The position numbers and the translations under genes are program-made. From positions 930,001-994,000 of the forward strand of contig NC_134031.1 in the NCBI RefSeq assembly GCF_964204645.1: a DNA stretch of 64,000 nucleotides. Direction: 5' to 3'. Positions 52,418 through 64,000 of the stretch are shown here, in pieces; the stretch's first letter is position 1, and each line of letters opens with the position of its first letter. A model generated the notes under the pieces. It saw nothing but the letters and a program-made list of their open reading frames with translations, ran no database searches and was not told where the DNA came from. This stretch comes from Tubulanus polymorphus. Lineage: Eukaryota; Animalia; Nemertea.

Positions 52418-55400
52418 CAATAATCTTCATAAAATTGTTAAAGTTTTCCTGCGATCTGCACCAAATCTGCACCAACTAACGAAGTATGTCCATGCGCGAA
52501 AAAACACAACAAAGTTGTAGCTGCGAATTGTACGTTTCATGAATTCGGGCGATGGTGACGTGAAAGAGATATTCAAGGTATAAACGTCTTAATAACTTCT
52601 CGGCTCGATGGGAGCCAGTGATCCGAGAATATTACCATGGTGATGCGGTCTCAGTTGATGGATTGACTAGGTGAAATGATACAATACTCCGATAGCATTC
52701 CGTTGAAAAAAAAAAACAAGAGAAAAAAGACCGATAATTTATTACCGTGGAATTTTTGTGGTATTATTATTTTCCTTATGTTTCAAGTGCAACATAGCGC
52801 AATGTGTCGTGTAGGATTCGTCGCGTTTGACGCTGCGGATGAGGTGTGCCGATTCTGCGCTGAAACCGGTGTTTATGAATCTGCTAATACCAGGAAGAAC
52901 GACTGCTCGTGACTGAAAAAAATAACTTATTTGTCTCATCGTCAAAGAGCTGTCAATATTACTTATGCTTCCTTCAGAACTGTGACATTGGTCATAAAAT
53001 AACACACACACAAAACTCCCTACATACAATCAGGTATCATACACTACTGGATGACATCGAGGTAGAATACATAACTGTATCATGTTTTATACATGGGGCT
53101 GAACGATGATACATCGCTTTGAATATATGTTTCCGGATCTGAGATCTTTACTCAGAGAGCAAATCAAATGCCAAAGGACAGACGACAATTCAGTCGTTTC
53201 AGTCTCCAAGTCACATGCGTCATAGTTACGTTGGATAAAACGTGATATCCTCGAGCTAGCTGGCACATAATCCGTAAAAATCTTTATAGAATTAGAAAGT
53301 TTTACTGGATTATCGACAATATAGGATTAACTTGAATATAGGAATGACGTGAATTTATAAGTATACGGTCTTTGTTACCGGCGAAAACGAGATTCTAATT
53401 TCTTCCCTTTGACTCTCGTCATTTTTAACGATTTCAGGTGATCAAAATGTTGACATTGTGCGTATTATAAATAGTTTACCTATATACAGTTACAACTCGT
53501 CTTATTTTTCTTTCTAAACCCGGTTAACACCAGGCTACTGTACGAATCTTCTCAGTGTAGCTTCATAATTCTGATTGAATACATTTCTATGTTATGATGT
53601 TTCAAATGCCCTACTTTTTTAGTAAAAGCGAGGACACGGGAAGTAGGGTTAACTGGGACCGGGTTAACACAGCTTTTCTAAAACTAGTTTTTGAGATAGT
53701 GCTCGAGTCTGAGCGCCGGTTATTTCAGTCGTGATGCGGTGTATAAATGTACCGAGAGCTGATGCTGCGCGGTCAATGTTTTTTATCCCGATCACGTGTA
53801 TAACAAACACCATTAGAATCAAGTATCAGACGACATTTTGATCAGCTTTTCTCAAATCTACGTCGCGGATTAAGCGCGGCGATGTAAACATACCCCCGCG
53901 CCGGATGGTCGTATAGTTCGTATACTGAGGGAACCATCGACGAAATGTCAAATAGGTTTTCATTCTCGTTTTCATCTTTGCTGCTATTTAATTCTCCTTA
54001 TCCTCTGGATAAATCGACGATGCAAAAAAAACGGCCCCTTTGATGGGGAACGATTGAAATTTACAACGTGTTTTCTCTGGTGTTCGCCGAATTAAGACGT
54101 CGCGACGCGGAGGAGGATTCAGTTGAATAATTCTGAGAATAACCCAATACACCCGTCTCGTCTCTGTTCTACCAACCCCCCCCCCCTCCCCCTCCCCGCC
54201 TCGTCTCATCTCCATCTACCCCCGTCTCGTCTCCGTTCTACCCCCCCTCCCCCTCCTCGCCTCGTCTCATCTCCATCTACCCCAATCTCGTCTCCGTTCT
54301 TGGTGCATGTTCCGGATTTCATCCTGTGGTTGTCCTCTTCACTAGTAACCTTTACTCAGTACATGTCAGTGTGCCGACCGGTAGGGCGCGTCTGCTTCAC
54401 GCATTCAGGGCCTTTCTCCAAGCTCGGTGGTCAAAAACTAAATGATGCTGTAGAAAGTTAAGAATCATGGCAAACCACTCATTGCCACAACGAATAATTG
54501 ATATCTTTTTTAGTTCTTCGAACTTGATTTTGATTTCTCCTGAATATTTCGGATACAAATTTTTAATGGACCACACAATTTTAGGGGCTGGTGTCCGGGC
54601 CCCCACGTAGATCGTCCGAATGCGCCGCTGGTACCACAGAACTGTTTGAGTGGTTGAGCGCGGAGCACAGTGGATACAACAAGTTCCAGGACTGGATGAG
54701 GTCTAGCCCATTCACCCCGGATTTCCACCGCGACGATGATAACAGTAACGCATTTGCGCCGATTCATAGCGTTAATATTTGATATAAAAGACGTTTCTGT
54801 TGTTTATCGATGTAGAAACTAATCAGTCGCTTTGTGTCATATCAAACGAGATAGTTAAATATAGCAGGCGCGGCCGCCGCTGATTTTTAATCGCCTGAAA
54901 CAAAGTCCCATTGAAATATTAATGGCAGCAACACAAAAACGCGCTTTGTTCGAACACGCCGAGTAATCACTTTCAAATCACCTGCTGCCGAGTATCGGCA
55001 CCAGTTCAGTTGATTGCAGCAGCGATATAGCGATGATCGAGATTGTGAGTTAAACATAAGAAGTTTCGCTGCGGGAAAATTCATTCGCTAAATTATTGGC
55101 ATTGAACGCCACAGGATCGCGTTCCGCCATTGTGAGTTAAGCTTTAACTCAGTTAACTCATTAACTCAGAGGTAACTCTATTTAATTTGCAGCTGTGGAA
55201 CTGGATCCTGTTTTCATTCTTGTTCTCTGTGAACAAGTGGTACCGATTTCAAGACACGTAATTGTTATCTAGATTTAGGATTTTAGGCGTTGGTTTCTCT
55301 CAGTCTGTGTCTGTGTGAGTGTGTAGGTGTGCGCGTAGGCGGTGTTTGGGGGAAAACACCTGGATAAAATGTGACGATGAACCCACGCCAACACCCCCGC

Positions 55401-56072
55401 CCCCCCCCCCCCCCCCACCTCGCACCCCATTACCTAAAAGGGAATGAACGCCCTTTGAATACAAATACCAGGTATCACTTACAGCTGGCTTTTATAAGAA
55501 AAACAAGAAAATATCTTTACATCTTTACATCTTGGATCTCACATTTCTTTTTCCAATTCTCGTATGATTAAACATGATTTTATTCTAAGAGTGCCAGGGA
55601 GCAAGTTTTACTCGATCGAATCAGCCTAATTTCCTAAATTGAACGGATAGTTGTTAAATCAAGGCCATGCCTATACTCGCGTTGTGTATCAGAAATCAAA
55701 ATAAAAAGCTTTCGCATAAAGTGCGTTATATTTTGATATTGTTCGTGATTTTACTGAGAAAAACGTCTACGATTTTTCCACGACGCGCACTTTCCTACCA
55801 CCGGCGTACCAGCTTACCTTCGTCGCCGTAGCGTGACGTCATGCGCATCGTCGCCTGATTGTATCCGCGGAGGAGCTTCAGTTAGTAGCGTAATCACAGA
55901 AATATAGTATATATATATATATATTAGACCGCCGAGTTTTTCCAGGATAGTTGAGAATATGTGTTTTAGATGCGATTCGTCGATTTAATTATTGCGAGAC
56001 TTTTTCCTGAATTTTAACCGCTTGATTCTATAATTCAACCATGGATTAGACGACTTTTCGAAGGAATATTAT

Positions 56073-56138
56073 ATGAATGATGTTGCGGCGATGATTCCTG
56101 CGCCGATTTCACTCGAAGAAGTTTCTCACTTGCTGCCG
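56073..56138 (+). other. Candidate first coding exon of an unidentified downstream gene (MNDVAAMIPAPISLEEVSHLLP)
   Basis: ATG after an in-frame stop, 22 codons, phase-0 donor CCG|gtacgt; CRE (TGACGTCA, 55834) and a TA-rich stretch upstream. No further exon identified. Confidence 0.28.
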
Positions 56139-59100
56139 GTACGTCATAAAGTTGTAAAGTTTGTTTCAATTTTCAGAATGACGTCACAGATTTGACTCGA
56201 GAGTTTAAATTCGTTCATTTTCGATGCTTTTTTAACCGTTATTTTTTCGATCAACTGTCGAAGTGGATCCTGATAACTTTATGATTGTTAATTCATGAAT
56301 GGTTTTATTTCTAAAACATTCCGTTTCATTTTGCCGATTGCTTAACGACGATATATGGAATAGAATATGAAATTAGTTTGACAAAAAAATCAAAGTCAGT
56401 TTTTGAACGGGTTCACGCTGACTCTGAAGGTTTAACTGTGCAACCCGGAAACGTAGGAGGATCGTAAGTGCTAAAATCTAAAAAAAAAGATTTTTATATT
56501 TGACGTTTTTATATTCCACGTATCTAAACACATCGTAAACGAAAATGAACAGAACTACTACCGAATAATCATCCCGAGGATATCAATCTAAAAACAGGAA
56601 AAAACATATTCATGAAATACTATTCGTATAGAGGCAATGCACCACGTCACGCGCACGTCATAATGGACGCCATAGGCGCAGTGACATTTTACCGAACATT
56701 TCACTTCTTGTCGTCCATTATGACGCGTTATAACGTCTGGCGCATTGCACCTAGAGGTGATGATTTTCTGATTTGAATCGTTATCTATTATTCTTGTCCT
56801 CGATTAGTATTTAGTCCCTTCTACCCCCCCCCCCCCCTCCCCTTCTATGCCCTCCCCACCCCCTCCGATTACCGATTCTACACCTGTATCACATGATACA
56901 GATCACTGATTCTGTCTGTAGTTTTGCTTTGATGAGCGCCATCGAGCCTCAATCTTACCGCGCATGGGACTGAATTCTAACCGCTGATAAACAGATCAGT
57001 GCGAAAGAATATGCATCAATTTTGTATGAGTTGATGGCACGGATTGCGGTGTGAAAGGTAAAACAATAGTTTGATCAATCTAGGGAGTAGATTTGGAATC
57101 TGAGTGATTGTGGAACTAGTTGTTTGTCTACCGTCGTTGAAAATTTCTCCGTTTGCTCGTCACCACGCGTAGATAGAGAAAGAAAACTAGTAATAAGATA
57201 GCGGGTCACGTGTTCACCACTTACTGTATTGTATTAGAAGTGCAGCTTACGACAATAAAGGCTAATTTTTTTCGATCGCATCTGTTCTCTCTGATAATGT
57301 TTTTCTTGATATTCACCACGTCAGGTATGAACAGTACAGTCGTAAAGGCTTAGATTGTAGACCAGTCTATGAGGTTATCTTCGTTCTATAGCCAATCGTC
57401 TAAACAACCAGTCTAACTCTTTTTGGTTCTAAAACCAATCCGACAACTAAGGTCAGTCTATGACCATCTTAGTTCCATAGCCAATCTAATATCTAAGATT
57501 TAAGACCACCTTTGGACTTTAAATCACGACTGCGCATAATTTTTTTTGTTTGTCTTCTAGCATCTATATAAATAAATTTTAGCTTTTTCCATTAGATTTT
57601 TTGCTTGCGGGAATCGAATTAAAATGATAGCTTAAGCATAGAAATATCGCTATAATATCTGAATACAGTACTCAATATTTTCATATATTCCCGTATAATG
57701 AATTGAAATCTATAAATGAATGAACGCTATCTTTAAATTGACGAAAGTTTAAATCTTCCGCTCGCCGCCGCCCGCAATTGATTTATAAATCGAGTGAGTC
57801 GATCGGACAGTCATTCTGTTCCGTTATTACGTCACTTATTCATCTCAATTTGAATTAATTTACTAAAAGCATTTGGTTAAATGATTATGCGATGCAAATG
57901 GAATATATGTATATCTAATAGACGTGGATAGGGGGGTTTGTTTGTACTAGAGATTTGGGTTGAACGAATATCGTCGACTCAGGCGCGTAAAATTTACGTA
58001 AATGTGGACACTTTCTCCTCGGGCAACAGCAAGTCATCAATTGAAGCTTTCAGCGCGCTAAATCTTAGGTTATTTAACTAATTCCCAACCCGAGGATGAC
58101 TTCGTCAAAGAGGCGCATTATGCCAGCGAGTTGTATATACGTAAGTGGATACAATGTGCACCGGTATTTGGAATCAGGATTGTGTAGCTCTATGGTACTT
58201 ACTTGCTCGGGTCCACAGGAAGATCCTTAATAGTGAAGTGCAGTGACTGATGAGAGAGTATTGGTTTATCGAATATTCCCTCCCACTCACCTGTGACGGG
58301 ATCAACCAGATAAACGTCTAGCTTATATCTTTCAGAGTACACGCCGTTACTGGAGACATGTGAACCGGTATGTATTTTGAATAGTATGCATTTGGTCTAA
58401 CGTCAATGATCTATATCATCAGTTTGTGATGATAGAATTAGTTAATTTTTAATCACTTGACTCTTCGTCAAATCTAAGTTCGGCAACTGTGGAATTGGAT
58501 CCCCGAATCGGATTTACTTTTCAATGTGAGTTTGAGACTAAAAAAGGAATTATCTTTTTTTATCGTTAATTCATCTAAAGCCGAATGTCAATACTCATCG
58601 GGATCCCGGACAACAGTTTCATCGAAATCGTTTTAATGGAAAACTTGATTTCCACACAACTGACTGAACCGCAGTTGTGAGTGCAAATCCACCCAGAAGC
58701 CTTGTAAGGTGCCCTTCCTACTTGATGTAATTAATTAAAAAGTCATCTTCGAAACTAATGAAAACCACTTAGTTTGATTGTTATTGCATTTTCTGCGAGA
58801 CCAATCTATTATCATTTCCTTAGATTAATTAGAAATATTATCCATTTTATTCCGCCATAACAAAATGTAAGAAGTTAGGGTAGCTGTCATCCAGACTTGT
58901 GTCTGCACCAAATTACATGGCATTGGAAAAAAGTACGAAGCAACAAAATTGGATGAAAGCAGCAAATATAATAAAATCTATATTGTCATAAAAATGTTAT
59001 CTTAAAGATCGGAATCTTAAATTCGAATTGATGCCGAAGATCTTTGAAAGCCCATAATCGGACTCACAGATAGTTCAAGTGGTTCCGGTTAGAATTGGGC

Positions 59101-61660
59101 CGCAATTATTACTAGTAAGTTAGGAGTTGATATCACCGTTCGTTGCATCCTCGGAGTGATCAGACTGTACGTTTACACCATTACCGACAATATGGCAAAA
59201 CTTCCAAGAAAATGATATTGAATCACAAAAGACCATCAGTAGCCAGTCGTCAACGAGCCTTTTGTTCCACTAGTATCAGATCTGTGTTATTATAAAAGGG
59301 TTTTCGTATCAGCTCTCTTCTCTCCACGTCGTCGCCATCTTTAAAAAGGAAAGCTCATCATCGTTGAATGGGAATTATACCTTGAAGTTGCCTTGGTAAC
59401 TGATAGTAAAAGCCGACGTAGGAGAAAGATCCGGATGATAAAAAGTATTATCTTATTAAAAACGGGATTCACGGGAGAAAGAGGAGTTACATCTGTGAGT
59501 AGAGAAACATCAGCGATGTCAATGTTTATAGCGGACTTCAATGTCCTCGATCACATCATCGGAATACGAAATGTTTGATCAAATTCAAAATCCAATTCTT
59601 AAAAACTCGTACGTAACCGTTTTAAAATTAGGAAAAACTTTAATAAAAAGAAATCTAATATAATTCAAAATCCAATTCTCAAAACTCGTAACGTAACGAC
59701 TGCTAATAGCAATCCTACCTAAGACCAGCTATCCGGTCGAGGGAAGCAGAGAGTTTCCTTTTCGCACTGAGTGACTGTAGCGATGTCAATCGAGGTGTGC
59801 TTGATCAATTATCAAAGGTTACCCCGATATTTAAGAGTTCACAACCACAGACAGGTTCCCCGCGAAATTAAAACCCCACCCAGAACATTAAGCCTCTTTA
59901 AGTATCCGATTTACCGCGTTTAGTAGTATAAGTACAATAGCCTCTTAAGCTTTCAGCTGAACGCCAGGCGCTTCCTATTGTAAATTAGTAACTTTGAACT
60001 TAGCTCTTTCAAGATATATTTAGACGCATTATAATTTAGCAAGGTTATGTAATCGCAACCCGGCTCAACCCACGCTTGGCGTTTCAAAGCGTTGTATCGT
60101 GTCGTCCTTCCAAACTATCCGTCAATACGAATTTGAATCCGTAATCTCTTCGTTTACACGTAAAATCGGTTTATTTACATGAATATTCAAGACCACTCTC
60201 ATCTCTTTTCCAGTCACGTGATGAGTTGACATTTTCAATGTTCGCTTCCGGCAGGAAAATGCGCGACGTAAACGTGACTGTTTCTGTCTATAATTAGCAC
60301 GAACTTTTCAATATTCGCTTGCCGGTGTTTGTTCGGCAGTAGATTTTGTCATAAACCAATGTTCTAATTGGTTTCATTGAAACCATATTAATTAGTCGAC
60401 TACGTCGTTTTCGAAATCGCTTTTCCGTTTGGCGTAAACAGCGATTACTATCAGATTTCTGCGCGGGAAAAAGATTACATTTCGTCTATGATCTCCTTAA
60501 TGATCTATAATCTTTTTCTTAATGATCAAACCGCGCCGCCGTGAGCTGATATAGGTGTTTCCTAACGACTAGATCTGCTCTGACAGTGAGCTGTTGAACT
60601 CAGATTAGTTCACTTTCTGTCTCGGATCGATGGAAGGATTTGATTCGATAGTTTCAGGTTATATGGCCACGTTTATTACGTATGGACTCGATAGTTTTTG
60701 TGACATCACCAGACGCTGGAGCAATCTAATTTAAGGGAAAGACATGGCTAACATCACTTGAATCTCGATCAACGCTGCCACCTGACTGGTTGACTGACTT
60801 TAAAAATAATCAATCTCTGAAACGACGCCTTGAGTTCCCCCGAATGTTCAATGCTATCTTAGTTTTCTCGATTACAAAACAACTTAGAAAATATAGAATT
60901 ATATGATGAAAAATCGATGACAAATTATTCGAAAGCAAATCGCGACCTGTCGCAGGATTTCTCTTTTAGAAATTACTCTTTTCTAACTTGGAGTATATTC
61001 ATTCGATCAAAGCCAAGGATTTTATACGTTTTCGGACCACAGTCGATTTCTGACTTTCGAAATCAACTATCAACCCGCCTGATTGTGTTTATGGAACCCC
61101 GGATGGCACTGAGGAGCCGGTTTCATGGTTCTGAGTTATAGTAAACTCAGACGAGTTGAATCTTAGCTGAAAAGAACTGCGAAACTCGGTCCAGATCGTA
61201 AAATAGAGGACATTTGGTACAACTATTGTATTTCAGATCTATCGATGCTCGGTGCATCTACTATCTTTACAGTAGTAAGTCATATTCGAGACTTCGTGCG
61301 CTGTTTTATTTGCGCGCATTCAGTATTTTATTCACCGTTCGCCATCAACCTCTCATAAACCTGTTTCATAGCAGAAATAAACAAATATTGGTCGAACGTA
61401 TAAACTAACCGACAGATCATCAGACGAATTGCTAGTCAATAATCATCAAAAGCGCTATCCAATCATTTATCGATTCACGTCAGTGGGTTTAAAGCCGTCT
61501 GTTGAGAGTACGGTGTATCGACAAAAACTATTCATTCTACTAAAACGTTGGATTATATTTCGTTATTTGTGATTTATTTCAATTAGTACAGCAATGCGTA
61601 AGAAAATAGATTAGAATATAAAGATTAATCTGAGGGCAACGTGTGTGCTGAGTATCTCCA

Positions 61661-61769
61661 GGGCCCAGTTTCACAAAAAGGATTAAGGCCTAAATCGATT
61701 TAAGATAAACTGAATTAATGAAGAAATTAAATCGATTTAAGAGTTAAACCTTTTTGTGAGACTGGGACC
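61661..61769. mobile_element. MITE with GGGCCCAGTTTCACAAAAAGG TIRs
   Basis: Left TIR is mirrored by CCTTTTTGTGAGACTGGGACC; internal TAAATCGATTTA palindromes. Confidence 0.7.
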
Positions 61770-64000
61770 TGTAAATCTATATCCGTTTGTGGAATATCTG
61801 TTTCAGATCCAGCTCTCATGCTCATCAGAAATATCATTAAGATCACACGGCCGTTTTTGACTAGGGCTCAATTTGGCCAGTGCTAGATCAGGCCCCGTTC
61901 AAACGAGTGCCAAATGGGTCCGGGCATATCGGACCAGGCCCAAATCATAACGCGTGAATATTAACTGGTTCCAGAAGCTTCTACTCTTTGAACTTCGGAG
62001 CATTTTCTACAAAAACATTGTTTGATTGTTTGTTAATTTGCTTAACATGAAAACTATGTTAGGGCTTAATTTTTGTGTTCCTTTTCATATCAAAATATAC
62101 ACGAAAAAAATTTGATTTAGATGTGGATCTGGTTACGTGTGTTAGTGCGCGTGTTATCGTGTGGCGCCGGAATTGTGACTTCTCACGACAGCGGCGACCG
62201 CCATTAACTAGATCCAACATCCACACGCCGCCACGACACATCAAAAAAAAAACCTGAACTCAACAGTAGCCCGCTTAATCACGTGATTTATACACTCGAT
62301 TTCCGAACGTTAATTTAACTTAACCGACAGAAAAATCTATCGATTATCTGTCGTCTGCCATAGCGAGGATATTATACCTGGATGGTTAATAGTGCCGTCT
62401 ATACAACGAGCGCTCTCTCTCTCTCTCTCGCTCCTACCTTCATAACTTCATAACTTCTTCATACACACACGCGATTTTCATCAGAAATTCATCATCATTT
62501 CTATCGACGAATTTCATTATGAAACAAAGCGGTTTTTTCTACTACACGAAGATTATATTATATCGTAAATAATGAACATCGTTAGGTTTTTATTAGAAGG
62601 TGTAGACCTAGTACCTATAATACATCACTGAATGGATGAAAGCAGAGATTAGGACCCAGTTTCAGAGTTATCGACTAAAGCCAGAATCAGTTCCTGTTTA
62701 TCCAAATCCACCGCCCCCGCCACCCGGAGCTGAATCTGTTGACAGTTCCTGATTCTCGTTTAAAACTCTAGAATTATCTACCAATTCGATTTTTTTCCTC
62801 TTCGATATCGTACGGTTTCGTTAATCTGAATGAATGGTTTTTGTAGGGTTTGAGGGTTTTTTTAGGAAGAATTGTCGAATTTTCTACGAGTGGTGCGCGA
62901 AGCCTTTTTCGGTAATCACGCGGTAAAGCGTGTTATTCAACGCCCCCCCCCCCCTTCCTCCCTACGACGGATGCATTTCAGGTTCAGATATAGCGGTTTT
63001 CTTGGAAGAATATAAATCCCGTTCTCTCACCGATCCAATTCCATATTTGGAGTTCTGCCGCGTTTATACGGTGCTAAGCGAATAGTAACTAGAGTAGCCG
63101 GAGTCTGAAGATCTGTCAGAGGACGGGTCTACCTACGCTTCTTGTGAAATAGTATAACGTGTTGATGAATTATATATAAGTGTCGGGATGGTTCCTGTCA
63201 ATAAGGCTGCACCAAACTGATTTTCTTGTTAGTTCTATTCACTAGCGACGACATTTCCGTATCAGTAAATAGTGATCGTATTTCAATATTCGTAGAATAT
63301 CTTCTCTTGTCTGTTGTTGATTTCACAGATTCTTGTTCGTGGCGTTTTGCCAAAGTCAAACCAACGCAGAAGCGATTGAGATGTCGGCGAGTTTACTTGG
63401 GGAGGGGGTAGAGGGGTGCGGGGAGGGAGAGTACAGGGGTGGAAGAGGGAGAAGGGCGCGACGTAAACAAGTTTACACGGGGAGGGAGCACGGGAGGCCG
63501 AGAGAGGGAGAGCGCAGAGACGCGACGTGACGTCAACGATTTCAACGAGTTTTGAATTATCAGTAGGGGCATTCTAAACAGTTAAGGATTGTTCAATACT
63601 TTAAGCTTTTTATTCTTCCGCTGACATGATACCCACCAAACCCGATAGACGACAACTATACAGGCAGCATCTTTCCACACGGAAAATAAACTTGCGTTAG
63701 AGGGATATAAAATATTTACAGCATTGACTTTAAACCTTATCAAAAAGGTTCATTATTTCACAGCAGAATATTCAATCTATCCTCTTCAAGAGATAAGAAA
63801 AAAACAGCAGCAGCAGCAGTTCCCGAAACAACAGTAGCATCTGTAACAACAACAGCAGCAGCAGCAGCGGCAGCAGTAGTATTTAGTATGTATCGTGTTG
63901 TGATCTGAGAAATTCCGCACTTTCGGGCTTTCAATTAAATTAATCTTGCCGATTTGTGCTGACTGTTCATCTGGCTGTTCCTCAATTTCAATCCGTAACA

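Overview
Intron-rich, AT-rich genomic DNA from a bilaterian invertebrate (gene content suggests a spiralian, but the taxon cannot be fixed from sequence alone). Left to right: a 5'-incomplete crumbs gene (at least 39 EGF repeats, 3 laminin-G domains, TM helix, canonical 37-aa GTY...EERLI tail); a C19orf25/UPF0449 homolog head-to-head with MRPL47; an alpha-tubulin with a clear CCAAT/TATA promoter; a ~13 kb accessory island; SIN1/MAPKAP1 with a 1.3-kb intronic minisatellite; then ~14 kb of mostly non-coding DNA with MITEs and microsatellites. The island holds a recent 2.3-3 kb duplication, two intronless class A GPCRs and a 5'-truncated LINE. Two signals missed by the ORF track stand out. (1) Each duplicate carries a small spliced gene for a secreted Cys-rich peptide resembling sea-anemone APETx/BDS beta-defensin-fold toxins; copy 1 is intact with an unusual compact Cys framework and copy 2 is frameshifted. 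(2) A tandem-plus-inverted array of minimal type I hammerhead ribozyme motifs (~69-70 nt period) lies just downstream of SIN1, with dispersed copies in introns. All assignments come from manual translation and recalled family motifs; no searches were run.
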